64,000 nt of DNA, from contig JAHCAZ010000016.1 in the NCBI GenBank assembly GCA_019634615.1, positions 10,020 through 74,019 on the forward strand, in the 5' to 3' direction. The notes under the pieces were generated by a model. The model saw only the letters and a program-made list of their open reading frames with translations, did no database searches and was not told where the DNA came from. The stretch comes from Opitutaceae bacterium (GTDB lineage Bacteria; Verrucomicrobiota; Verrucomicrobiia; Opitutales; Opitutaceae). Numbering within the stretch: the stretch's first letter is position 1; each line of letters opens with the position of its first letter. Positions 46,613-54,895 of this stretch are shown here, in pieces. The translations under genes and the position numbers were made by a program.

Positions 46613-46721
46613 TTCCATAGGAGCGGTTTCCAACTACGCTCCGGCGAACCTCCATCAACCCGCGCCGCCGCTCATCCCGGCCGGCTTGCCTGAACCTTTC
46701 CGCCCCGCCAGGGTCGCACAT

Positions 46722-47735
46722 ATGCGATCCATGAAGAACTACGTGATATTCTTCCTGACCCTCACGACGCTCGGAACTGGCTACTTGGCGTGGAGCCAGC
46801 ATCGGGAACTCGCCACCCTGCGGGCTGCGCCCGGCAACCCTGAGCGCGCCGCTGCCCGCCGTCAGGCCTGGAACGCATCCCCCACCGCCCCGGCGGCGGC
46901 CGACCAACCCGCGGAAAAACCCGCCGCGCCCCCCACCCCCGGCGCCGCCGACGTCACCCGCCGTGGTGACCGCGCCTTTGGCCAGGTCATGCAGGTGCTC
47001 GAGAATCCCGACTACCAGACCCTGATGAATCTCACCCAGAAGGGCATGCTCGACGGCCGGTATGCCGCGCTCTTCAAGCAGCTCAAGCTCACGCCCCAGC
47101 AGCTGGAGCAGTTCAAGGAATACCTCGTCGAGAAGCAGACCGCGGTCATGGACGTGCTCGCGGCGGCGCGTGCCCAGGGCCTCGATCCGCGCAAGGACGG
47201 CGAAGCCATTGGGACGATGATGAAAGCCACGCAGGCCGAGATCGACGCCAACATCCGCGCCGCGCTGGGCGACAGCACCTTTGAGACCTACCAGGAATAC
47301 GAGCGCACCCTGCCCACCCGCAACGTCATCGGCCAACTGGAGTCCCGCCTGAGCTATTCCGGCACCCCGCTGACCCAGTCGCAGAGCCAGGAGATGGTCC
47401 GGATCCTTGCCGAGACCGGTGAAGGCGGCCGCGTTCCAACCATCCGCACCGCCACACCCGCGGTTTCGATCGCCGGCGGGCCGGGCGCCAATGTCCAGAT
47501 GGGCGCGGCCATCGCCATCGCATCCGGCGGCGGCGTCCTCATCACCGATGCCACCGTGGCCCGATCCCAATCCGTCCTATCCTCCGACCAGGTCGCGGCT
47601 TTGCAGGAAATCCAGCAGGAGCAGCAGGCGGCCCAGCAGCTCGGCCGCTCCATGCGGGCGGAAATGGGCACCCGCCTGACCCCGCCGCCCGGCGCGTCGG
47701 CCGCCACCCCCGCCGTCCCCGCCGCCCGCCCCTAA
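46722..47735 (+). CDS. membrane-anchored periplasmic helical protein with LTXXQ-like motifs, hypothetical
   Basis: It has an N-terminal TM segment YVIFFLTLTTLGTGYLAW. The motifs LTPQQLEQF, LTQSQSQEM and LSSDQVAAL resemble CpxP/Spy-type LTXXQ motifs. I trimmed it from ORF 46581. Confidence 0.5.
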   Translation: MRSMKNYVIFFLTLTTLGTGYLAWSQHRELATLRAAPGNPERAAARRQAWNASPTAPAAADQPAEKPAAPPTPGAADVTRRGDRAFGQVMQVLENPDYQTLMNLTQKGMLDGRYAALFKQLKLTPQQLEQFKEYLVEKQTAVMDVLAAARAQGLDPRKDGEAIGTMMKATQAEIDANIRAALGDSTFETYQEYERTLPTRNVIGQLESRLSYSGTPLTQSQSQEMVRILAETGEGGRVPTIRTATPAVSIAGGPGANVQMGAAIAIASGGGVLITDATVARSQSVLSSDQVAALQEIQQEQQAAQQLGRSMRAEMGTRLTPPPGASAATPAVPAARP

Positions 47736-47812
47736 TCGGGCGCTGAAGTTGCCGTCATAGAGGAAAAAATGCCTTGTTGATGCGGCGTGGCCGCCGGTAG
47801 GTTGATCCTGCC

Positions 47813-48763
47813 ATGATCGTCACCACTGCACAGCTCTTCAAGCATGCCTACGGCAAGTACGCCGTCGGCGCTTACAACATCAATAATGCCGAGCAGGCGA
47901 TGGGTCTCTTCCGGGGCTGCATCCAGTCGAAGGCTCCCTTCATCATCCAGATCTCGAAGGGCGCGCGGAAGTACACCGACAAGAAGATGCTCGAGGCGAT
48001 CATCCGCGCCGCCGACCAGATCTTCCCCGAGGCGATCTTCGCGGTGCACCTCGATCATGGCGACGAGGAGACGTGCTACGATTGCATCAAGTCGGGCTTC
48101 TACAGCTCGGTGATGATCGATGCCTCCCACGAGCCGTACGACCAGAACGTGGCGATCACGAAACGCGTCGTCGAGGCCGCCCACAAGGCCGGCCTCTCCG
48201 TCGAGGCCGAGCTCGGCATGCTCGGCGGCGTCGAGGAGGACATCAAGGTCGAGGACGGCCACGCCACCCTGACCAACCCGGCTGAGGCCCAGGACTTCGT
48301 CCAGAAGACCGGCTGCGACTCCCTCGCCTGCGCCATCGGCACCTCGCACGGCGCCTACAAGTTCAAGGGCCGGCAGTCGCTCCATTTCGACGTGCTCAAG
48401 AAGATCCAGCAGCTCATGCCGGGCTTCCCGCTCGTCATGCACGGCTCGTCCTCCGTCCCGCAGGACGAGGTCAAGCGCATCAACGCCGCCGGCGGCACCC
48501 TCGGCTCCGCGGTCGGCGTGGACGTCAACGAGTACCTCCCCGCCGCCAAGCTCGGCGTCACCAAGATCAACATCGATACCGACGGCCGCCTCGTCTGGAC
48601 CCGCGTCCATCGCGAGTTCTTCCGCGACAAGTCGGGCGAGTTCGACTTCCGCCCGCCGGGCAAGATCTTCATGGAGGAGTACGCGAAGTTCATCGCGAGC
48701 CGTAATGTCCTCCTCGGCAGCGCCAACCAGCTCGACGACCTCCGCAAGAGTCTCGGGAAGTAA
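47813..48763 (+). CDS. fba: class II fructose-bisphosphate aldolase
   Basis: YAVGAYNINN, HLDHG, EAELG.LGG.EE, and the GTSHGAYKF and MHGSSSVP motifs are present. Confidence 0.9.
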   Translation: MIVTTAQLFKHAYGKYAVGAYNINNAEQAMGLFRGCIQSKAPFIIQISKGARKYTDKKMLEAIIRAADQIFPEAIFAVHLDHGDEETCYDCIKSGFYSSVMIDASHEPYDQNVAITKRVVEAAHKAGLSVEAELGMLGGVEEDIKVEDGHATLTNPAEAQDFVQKTGCDSLACAIGTSHGAYKFKGRQSLHFDVLKKIQQLMPGFPLVMHGSSSVPQDEVKRINAAGGTLGSAVGVDVNEYLPAAKLGVTKINIDTDGRLVWTRVHREFFRDKSGEFDFRPPGKIFMEEYAKFIASRNVLLGSANQLDDLRKSLGK

Positions 48764-48786
48764 GCCTTAGCCAGTTTTTCCACACA

Positions 48787-48813
48787 GGGCAGGTCTCCGA
48801 CCTGCCCATTTTT
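48787..48813 (+). terminator. Rho-independent terminator of fba
   Basis: A 9-bp stem gggcaggtc/gacctgccc has a tcc loop and is followed by attttt. Confidence 0.8.
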
Positions 48814-48883
48814 GCGTCCGCCTTTCCGCCATCCTCCCCAGATTGCTGCTCGCCATCCGCCCGGAAAACGCTAAAGCCAAATC

Positions 48884-49765
48884 ATGGCATTTACCACACC
48901 TCGCGCCTTTGCCCTGCTCTGCGCCCTCTGCGCGAGCCTTCAAGCGCAGTTTCTGACCACGGGTATCGAGAGCATCACCTTGTCCATGTCCGGCGTGGAC
49001 GGATCGACGCCGATGAACATCGCGTGGCATCCGGACTTCCAGCAGTACTACGGCGGCCGGGGCGGCAATTCGAGTTACGGCGGCCGGGTCTGGAGCGCCA
49101 GCGGTTCCATCGTGCAGACGTTGGAGCCGATCAACACCGACCTGCGCAGCTTTTTCTACAATTCCAACACCGGCAAACTCGAGAACATCACCTACGCGGC
49201 GAATGTCAGCTCGGCCGGTTACCGCACGGTCGGTTTGGACAGCAGCGGCCTTTTCACCGGTGCGTACACCGACGCCAGCGTCGTGCTTTCCGGCCTACCG
49301 AGCAATCAGGTCGCGCCGGCCTACGACGCCGCGCGCAACCTGTTCTACGCCTACGATAGCGGCGGGACCGTGAAGACGGTGAATCCCGCGACCGGCGCGG
49401 TGATCGGCACGATCACGCTCGACCTGACCGCCGCCGGCTCGACGAATATCCCGTATCATGTCATCGGCTACGAGCCGACCTACGACGCGCTGATCACCTA
49501 CACGACGACCGGCGGCGCCCGCGCGCTCGCCTTCAACCCCACGACCGGCGCCTTCATCACGTCGGTCTCGCTCCCCGGGACGCTGCCGTCGCCCGATTAC
49601 TGGCGCATGGGCTACGCCAACCACCTGCTGTTTGTCTACGATAGCAACATCGACGCCTTCCGCGGTTACCAGATCACCACGATCCCGGAGCCTGGCACCG
49701 TGGCGCTCCTCGCCGTGGGCGTGACGCTGCTCGGGATCGGCCATTTCCGCCGCCGCCGCCGCTGA
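48884..49765 (+). CDS. PEP-CTERM sorting domain-containing secreted protein
   Basis: It has a signal peptide MAFTTPRAFALLCALCASLQA. The C-terminal IPEPGTVALLAVGVTLLGIGHFRRRRR combines a PEP motif, a TM segment and an Arg cluster. Confidence 0.75.
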   Translation: MAFTTPRAFALLCALCASLQAQFLTTGIESITLSMSGVDGSTPMNIAWHPDFQQYYGGRGGNSSYGGRVWSASGSIVQTLEPINTDLRSFFYNSNTGKLENITYAANVSSAGYRTVGLDSSGLFTGAYTDASVVLSGLPSNQVAPAYDAARNLFYAYDSGGTVKTVNPATGAVIGTITLDLTAAGSTNIPYHVIGYEPTYDALITYTTTGGARALAFNPTTGAFITSVSLPGTLPSPDYWRMGYANHLLFVYDSNIDAFRGYQITTIPEPGTVALLAVGVTLLGIGHFRRRRR

Positions 49766-49813
49766 TCGGCGGCGGGAACATCCGGTGACCGCGACCGGTC
49801 GGATGGGGGTGTC

Positions 49814-50395
49814 GTGGACTCCCCCGCCCCGCTCCAGCCGGCCGACGAGAACGAACTGCTGCGCCGTGCGCGGCAGGGGGACGAGGAGGCTTTTGGCCGA
49901 CTCATGCAGGCCCACCACGGCTACGTTTACCGCCTCGTCTGGGCCATCGTCCGCCATGACCACGACGCGCACGACATCTGCCAGGAAGTCTGGCTGACGG
50001 TCTGGCGGAAACTGCCGACCTATGCCGGCACCGGCAGGTTCACCACCTGGCTGCACCCCATCGCGACCCGCCGCGCCCTCGATCACCTGCGCCGGCGCCG
50101 ACGCTGGTTCGACCGGTTTCTCCCGTTTGCCGCGAACCCGGACGGCACGGTCGTCGAGCCGGCCGACACCGAGGATCCGCGCGCGGACACCGCGGCGACG
50201 GAGCGGCGCGAGCGCCTCGATCGCGCCCTCGCCGCGCTGCCGCCGCTGCACCGCACGGTGCTGGCGCTGCGCGAGGTGCAGGGGCTTACGTACGAGGAAA
50301 TCGCCCGCGCCGTCCGCATTCCGGCTGGCACCGTCATGTCCCGCCTTTATCATGCCCGCCGTTTACTGGCGCAAAAACTGAAGGAACCCCGATGA
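49814..50395 (+). CDS. ECF-type RNA polymerase sigma factor
   Basis: Region 2 is RARQGDEEAFGRLMQAHHGYVYRLVWAIV..DICQEVWLTVW. Region 4 is LREVQGLTYEEIARAVRIPAGTVMSRLYHARR. It uses a GTG start. Confidence 0.85.
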   Translation: MDSPAPLQPADENELLRRARQGDEEAFGRLMQAHHGYVYRLVWAIVRHDHDAHDICQEVWLTVWRKLPTYAGTGRFTTWLHPIATRRALDHLRRRRRWFDRFLPFAANPDGTVVEPADTEDPRADTAATERRERLDRALAALPPLHRTVLALREVQGLTYEEIARAVRIPAGTVMSRLYHARRLLAQKLKEPR

Positions 50396-50832
50396 AACCG
50401 CTCCGCCTGCTGCTCGCCCTCCTCCTCACCGCCACGGCTTGCTGTTCCCTGCGCGCGGCCGAGCGCACGTCACTCCGCGCCATTTTGGTCGCCGCCTCCA
50501 ACGAGAAGGGCGCCAGCGACCGCCGCCTGGCCGCCTACGAGCCCACCTTGCGCAGCATCCTGCGCTTCGAGAGCTACCGCTTCCTCGGCGAAGGCTCCGC
50601 CACGCTCGGCGTGCCGGAGGAAGGCACGCTGGCGCTCGGCCAGGGCCACCGCCTCGAGATCGAGACCGAGGGCTCCGGCAAGGGCGCCATCCGCCTGCGG
50701 GTCGCCTGGTACGACGGCGACCAGATCCTCATGCGCACCGTCATCACGCAACGCCCCGGCGTGCCTTCCGTCCTCGGCGGACCGCGTCGGAGTGATGGCG
50801 AGGTCTATGCGGTGATCGTGGTTGGGCGGTGA
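50392..50832 (+). CDS. secreted hypothetical protein coupled to the ECF sigma gene
   Basis: It has a signal peptide MKPLRLLLALLLTATACCSLRA. Its ATG overlaps the sigma stop (ATGA). Confidence 0.55.
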   Translation: MKPLRLLLALLLTATACCSLRAAERTSLRAILVAASNEKGASDRRLAAYEPTLRSILRFESYRFLGEGSATLGVPEEGTLALGQGHRLEIETEGSGKGAIRLRVAWYDGDQILMRTVITQRPGVPSVLGGPRRSDGEVYAVIVVGR

Positions 50833-50840
50833 GGCGAAGG

Positions 50841-50939
50841 TTCTTTCTCTTTCCTCTTTCTCGTTATCTTTCTCTGGCTTGGGGAATTAGACCTGCCTCC
50901 GCCGGGAGAAAGATTAAGAGAAAGAGGAAAGAGGAAGAT
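50841..50939. repeat. long imperfect low-GC hairpin, copy H5
   Basis: The 34-nt arms are ttctttctctttcctctttctcgttatctttctc (50841-50874) and gagaaagattaagagaaagaggaaagaggaagat (50906-50939), about 30/34 paired. The arms are about one-third G+C by hand count. The loop is 31 nt. Confidence 0.85.
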
Positions 50940-51009
50940 TTAGTGAATAAACCCCGCGCGAGCCGCGTCTCATGGGCAGAACCAACCCCCCAACACGGAG
51001 AAACCCACC

Positions 51010-51414
51010 ATGAACAAGCTCGCAGCCATCACGCTCCTCACCGCCGGCGCCCTGACCGTCGCGCCCAGCCCCGCCTACGCGGGATCGAAGGAAAAGGCCC
51101 TGATCGGCGGCTTCATCGGCGGCCTGATTGTCGGGCACGCCATCGCCGAGAGCCACAGCTCCACCTGCCCGCCCGAGCCCGGCACGGTGGTCGTGTACGA
51201 CTCCCGCGACCGCGATTGCGGTTACTGGAGGGAAGTCCGCGTCAAGGTCTGGGTGCCCGGCCATTGGGTGGTCCGCCATGAACGCGGCTGCCGCACCCGC
51301 TACTACGTCGCCGGCCGCCACGAGTGGCGCACCGAGCGCGTCTGGGTCGCCGACGGCCGCGGCGATCATCGCCGGCACGACCACCGGGACCGCCACTACG
51401 CCTACAACCGCTGA
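51010..51414 (+). CDS. secreted glycine-zipper / WXXGXW-like protein with a His/Arg/Asp-rich tail
   Basis: It has a signal peptide MNKLAAITLLTAGALTVAPSPAYA, a glycine zipper GGFIGGLIVGHAI, VWVPGHWV (WxxGxW), and a tail GRGDHRRHDHRDRHYAYNR. Confidence 0.55.
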   Translation: MNKLAAITLLTAGALTVAPSPAYAGSKEKALIGGFIGGLIVGHAIAESHSSTCPPEPGTVVVYDSRDRDCGYWREVRVKVWVPGHWVVRHERGCRTRYYVAGRHEWRTERVWVADGRGDHRRHDHRDRHYAYNR

Positions 51415-51429
51415 CCCGCCCTGATCCCC

Positions 51430-51882
51430 GTGAACTGCCGCGACTGCGCACGACTGCTCCTCGGTGAGGAAGGCGAACGCTCCGCCACCGCCGCGGCCGC
51501 CGTCGCGGCGCATGTGCAGGACTGCCCGACCTGCCGCGCGCTGCAGGACTCCCTCGCCGCCGCGCTCGGGCAATGGCGGACCGAGGCGGCCGCACAGGCG
51601 CCCGACGCGGCCGCCGCCTGGCGATCGTTGCGTCCGCGACTGGCCGCCCGCCCCGCTCGATCGCGCCGGCTCGCGCCGCTGCTCTGGCTCAGCGCGCCGC
51701 TGGCCGCGGCCGCCGCCCTGACCTTGGTGTTTCTCCGTCCCGCCCCGGTGGAGCGCGACCATGACTCGATCTTCGCCCACGCCGATTACGTCGAGGCTGG
51801 CAATCCGTCCGCCTCGACCGTCGTCTACGTCGACAACGACAGCGGCTGGCTCGTCGTCTGGGCTGCAGACGCGGGGCGCTGA
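51430..51882 (+). CDS. putative zf-HC2 anti-sigma factor
   Basis: It has an N-terminal CRDC...HVQDCPTCR (H-x3-C-x2-C) motif, one TM segment LAPLLWLSAPLAAAAALTLVFL, and a short extracytoplasmic tail. It uses a GTG start. Confidence 0.6.
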   Translation: MNCRDCARLLLGEEGERSATAAAAVAAHVQDCPTCRALQDSLAAALGQWRTEAAAQAPDAAAAWRSLRPRLAARPARSRRLAPLLWLSAPLAAAAALTLVFLRPAPVERDHDSIFAHADYVEAGNPSASTVVYVDNDSGWLVVWAADAGR

Positions 51883-51893
51883 ATTGGGGTCAT

Positions 51894-51951
51894 GTAGGAC
51901 AACAGCGCGCTTGCGCGCGCCCAAACCGCGCCCGCAAGCGGGCTGACCTAC
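51894..51951. repeat. GC-rich imperfect palindrome
   Basis: gtaggac..agcgcgcttgcgcgcgc - ccaaacc - gcgcccgcaagcgggct..gacctac lies between convergent stops at 51882 and 51964. Confidence 0.65.
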
Positions 51952-51963
51952 AAAGAACCTTAC

Positions 51964-52797
51964 CTACGGCAGCCAGGGGAATTTCCGTGCGTCGGGTTTC
52001 CGCTTCTCCCGCTGCGCGGCGTGGAATTCCTTCGCCTCCTCGCTCATGTAATAGAGCAGCGTGGCGTTGCCTGCGAGTTCCTGGATGCCGGCCTGGCCGT
52101 CGAGCTCGGCGTTGAAGCCGCTCTTGAGCATGCGGATCGCGAGCGGGCTGTGCTGCAGGATCTGCTGCGCCCAGGCCACGCCCTCCGCCTCGAGCTCCGC
52201 CACCGGGACCACCTTGTTGACGAGCCCCATCTCGAGCGCCTCCTGCGCGCCGTACTGCCGACAGAGGAACCAGATCTCGCGGGCCTTCTTCTGCCCCACG
52301 ACCCGGGCCAGGTAACTGGAGCCGAACCCGCCGTCAAAGCTGCCCATCTTGGGGCCCACCTGGCCGAAGATGCCGTTGTCAGCCGCAATCGTGAGGTCGC
52401 ACACGACATGGAGGACGTGCCCGCCCCCGATCGCATAACCGGCCACGAGGGCGATGACGACCTTCGGCATCGAGCGGATGAGCTTCTGCAGGTCGAGGAC
52501 ATTGAGCCGCGGCACGCCGTCCTTGCCGATGTAGCCGGCATGGCCGCGCACCGACTGGTCACCACCGGCGCAGAAGGCATACTTGCCGTCGGTGTGCGGC
52601 CCGGCCCCCGTCAGGAGCACCACGCCAACCGCCTGGTCCTCCCGGGCGTCGCTGAACGCCTCGTACATCTGCGCGACGGTCTCCGGCCGGAACGCATTGC
52701 GCTTCTCGGGCCGGTTGATGGTGATCTTCGCCATCCCGTCCGCCTTCTGGTAGAGGATGTCGGAGTACGTTTTGACAGTTTTCCACGCGGTTGCCAT
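51964..52797 (-). CDS. menB: 1,4-dihydroxy-2-naphthoyl-CoA synthase
   Basis: [14 protein letters not shown].., [11 protein letters not shown], and [20 protein letters not shown] are crotonase-fold motifs with MenB-specific context. Confidence 0.95.
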   Translation of the reverse strand: MATAWKTVKTYSDILYQKADGMAKITINRPEKRNAFRPETVAQMYEAFSDAREDQAVGVVLLTGAGPHTDGKYAFCAGGDQSVRGHAGYIGKDGVPRLNVLDLQKLIRSMPKVVIALVAGYAIGGGHVLHVVCDLTIAADNGIFGQVGPKMGSFDGGFGSSYLARVVGQKKAREIWFLCRQYGAQEALEMGLVNKVVPVAELEAEGVAWAQQILQHSPLAIRMLKSGFNAELDGQAGIQELAGNATLLYYMSEEAKEFHAAQREKRKPDARKFPWLP

Positions 52798-52917
52798 AGT
52801 CGCATTCAGCTCGGAAAGCCGCTGATCGCAAATGTTTTAGCGACGCTGCCGGTTGATTCCCGCCCTGCAGAATCAGCTTGGACCGCGGCGCCGCATCCGC
52901 AAGATACGACCCCTTCC

Positions 52918-54801
52918 ATGCAGAACCACGTCCAGCCATCCGGCAGCCTGGCGCAATCCGGGTTAGCCCTGGGAGCCTTGGGCGTCGTGTTTGGAGATAT
53001 CGGCACCAGCCCGCTTTACACGATTCGCGAGTGCCTCGCCGTCCTGCCGGCCGCGGAGCACAACACGGCCATTTTGGGGGTCCTGTCGCTGGTCTTCTGG
53101 TCGCTGATCTTGGTCGTCAGCGTCAAGTATACGGTCTTCGTGCTCCGCGCGGACAACCGCGGCGAGGGCGGCATTTTCGCCCTTCTCTCCCTTTCCCAGA
53201 TCGACCGCAATGCCAAGGGCCGGCTCAGCGTGGGCGTGATCGTGGTCCTGTGCGGCGCCGCCATGCTGTGCGGCGAGGCGATCATCACCCCGGCCATCAC
53301 CGTCCTCTCCGCGACCGAGGGCTTCAAGCTGGTGTGGCCCGGCGTCGAGAAGTGGGTGGTCATGATCGCCTGCCTGATCCTGGCCGGCCTCTTCGCCTTC
53401 CAGTACCGCGGCAGCAAGTTCATCGGCGGCATCTTCGGGCCCATCATGCTGATCTGGTTCGTGGTGCTCGGCCTCTTCGGCCTCTGGCACGTCTGGCAGA
53501 CCCCCGTGGTCCTCGAGGCGCTGAATCCCGCGCTCGGGATCAGCCTGCTCATCAACCACACCCGCGAGGCCACGGTCCTGCTCGGCTCGGTGGTGCTGGC
53601 GATCACCGGCGTCGAGGCGCTGTATGCCGACATGGGCCACTTCGGCCGGAAGGCCATCCGGCGCAGCTGGTACGGGGTTGTCCTCCCGGGGCTCACGCTC
53701 AACTACTTCGGCCAGGGCGCGTATGTGCTCGCCCACGGCGGCCCGGTCGACAACCCCTTCCTCTCACTCGCCCCGGAGGGCATCCTGCGCTACGGCCTCC
53801 TCGCGCTGTCCATCGTGGCGGCCATCATCGCCAGCCAGGCGCTGATCTCCGGCGCCTTCTCGCTCATCCGCCAGGCCATCCAGCTCGGCTACTTCCCCCG
53901 CCTCCTCGTCCGCCACACGAATGCCGACCAGTCGGGCCAGATCTTCCTCCCGCTCGTCAACACGGTCCTCGCCTGCGGCTCCATCGCCACGGTCTACGGG
54001 TTCAAGTCGAGCTCGGCCCTCGCCGCCGCGTACGGCATCGCCGTAACGGCCACGATGATCGTGACCACGCTGGCCCTGTTCCTCGTCATGCGCCGCGCGT
54101 GGTCGTTCCGCTGGTGGCAGGCCCTGCCGCTCTGCGCGTTCTTCCTCGTGCTCGATGTCACGTTCTTCGGCGCCAACCTGCACAAGTTCTCCGACGGCGG
54201 CTGGCTGCCGGTCTTCATCGCCCTGGGCCTGATCGCCATCATGACGACCTGGAAGCAGGGCAAGCGTGAGATCTTCCGCCGCGTCTATGCGAACGAGATC
54301 ACCGAGGCCGAGCTCTGCGACATCGCCTCCAGCCGGCACATCCTCCGCGTGCGCGGCACCGGCGTCTTCATGGCCGGCAACCCGCGCGGGACCCCGCTCG
54401 TGCTCCTGCACCACGTGAAGTCCAACAAGGTCCTGCACGAGACCGTCGTCCTGCTCAGCGTGCTGACCGAGGAGGTGCCGTTCGTCACCGAGACCGAGCG
54501 CCTCGAGGTTCGCGCGATCGGCCAGGGCGTCTGGCGCGCGATCGCGAAATACGGCTACATGGAGTCCCCCGACGTCGCCTCGCTCATCCAGCGCATCCGC
54601 GAGGCCGGCGTCCCGCTCAAGCCGTCCGAGGCCACCTACTACTTCAACCGCGAGATGATCATCACCGGCGGCGACGCCCGCATGTGGGAATGGCAGAAGC
54701 ACTTCTACGCCTTCCTCAGCCGCAACGCCCGCCAGGCTCGCGACTACTACCAGTTGCCGCCCATGCAGATCATCGAGGTCGGCCTGCCGATCCAGTTGTG
54801 A
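52918..54801 (+). CDS. kup: KUP/HAK/KT potassium transporter
   Basis: LALGALGVVFGDIGTSPLYT.. and NRGEGGIFALLSL are present. I trimmed it from the fused ORF 52021..54801 to ATG 52918. Confidence 0.9.
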   Translation: MQNHVQPSGSLAQSGLALGALGVVFGDIGTSPLYTIRECLAVLPAAEHNTAILGVLSLVFWSLILVVSVKYTVFVLRADNRGEGGIFALLSLSQIDRNAKGRLSVGVIVVLCGAAMLCGEAIITPAITVLSATEGFKLVWPGVEKWVVMIACLILAGLFAFQYRGSKFIGGIFGPIMLIWFVVLGLFGLWHVWQTPVVLEALNPALGISLLINHTREATVLLGSVVLAITGVEALYADMGHFGRKAIRRSWYGVVLPGLTLNYFGQGAYVLAHGGPVDNPFLSLAPEGILRYGLLALSIVAAIIASQALISGAFSLIRQAIQLGYFPRLLVRHTNADQSGQIFLPLVNTVLACGSIATVYGFKSSSALAAAYGIAVTATMIVTTLALFLVMRRAWSFRWWQALPLCAFFLVLDVTFFGANLHKFSDGGWLPVFIALGLIAIMTTWKQGKREIFRRVYANEITEAELCDIASSRHILRVRGTGVFMAGNPRGTPLVLLHHVKSNKVLHETVVLLSVLTEEVPFVTETERLEVRAIGQGVWRAIAKYGYMESPDVASLIQRIREAGVPLKPSEATYYFNREMIITGGDARMWEWQKHFYAFLSRNARQARDYYQLPPMQIIEVGLPIQL

Positions 54802-54805
54802 ATAT

Positions 54806-54868
54806 GGAACTCAGGAAAACAGGAACGAGCCTCGGAGTTCTCCTTCCGTTCCAGCTTTCCTGAGTTCC
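54806..54868. repeat. long imperfect hairpin, copy H6
   Basis: The arms are ggaactcaggaaaacaggaacg (54806-54827) and cgttccagctttcctgagttcc (54847-54868), about 20/22 paired. It starts 5 nt after the kup stop. Confidence 0.8.
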
Positions 54869-54895
54869 ACCTTCATTTCTGAAGTTCCTCATGCC

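Noticed and set aside
46314-46721. A known structured RNA (tmRNA, RNase P RNA, SRP RNA, 6S RNA) in the large gap after topB.
   Set aside because: I could not find the conserved cores of these RNAs: the tmRNA tag reading frame and 3' tRNA-like end, the RNase P GGAAAGUCCGG-type core, or the SRP domain IV motif. The content looks like REP-type repeats. This remains unverified without a covariance-model search.
52798-52917. A possible c-di-AMP (ydaO-type) riboswitch or other leader upstream of the kup potassium transporter gene.
   Set aside because: The region is only 120 nt and is shared with the divergent menB promoter. It contains only two small 5-6-bp hairpins. I could not see the paired conserved motifs expected for that riboswitch. 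A covariance-model scan would be needed.
2172-54868. Whether the recurring hairpins or palindromes constitute a CRISPR array.
   Set aside because: The copies are dispersed kilobases apart in separate intergenic regions. They differ in sequence, are inverted rather than direct repeats, have no regular spacers, and no cas genes are present.
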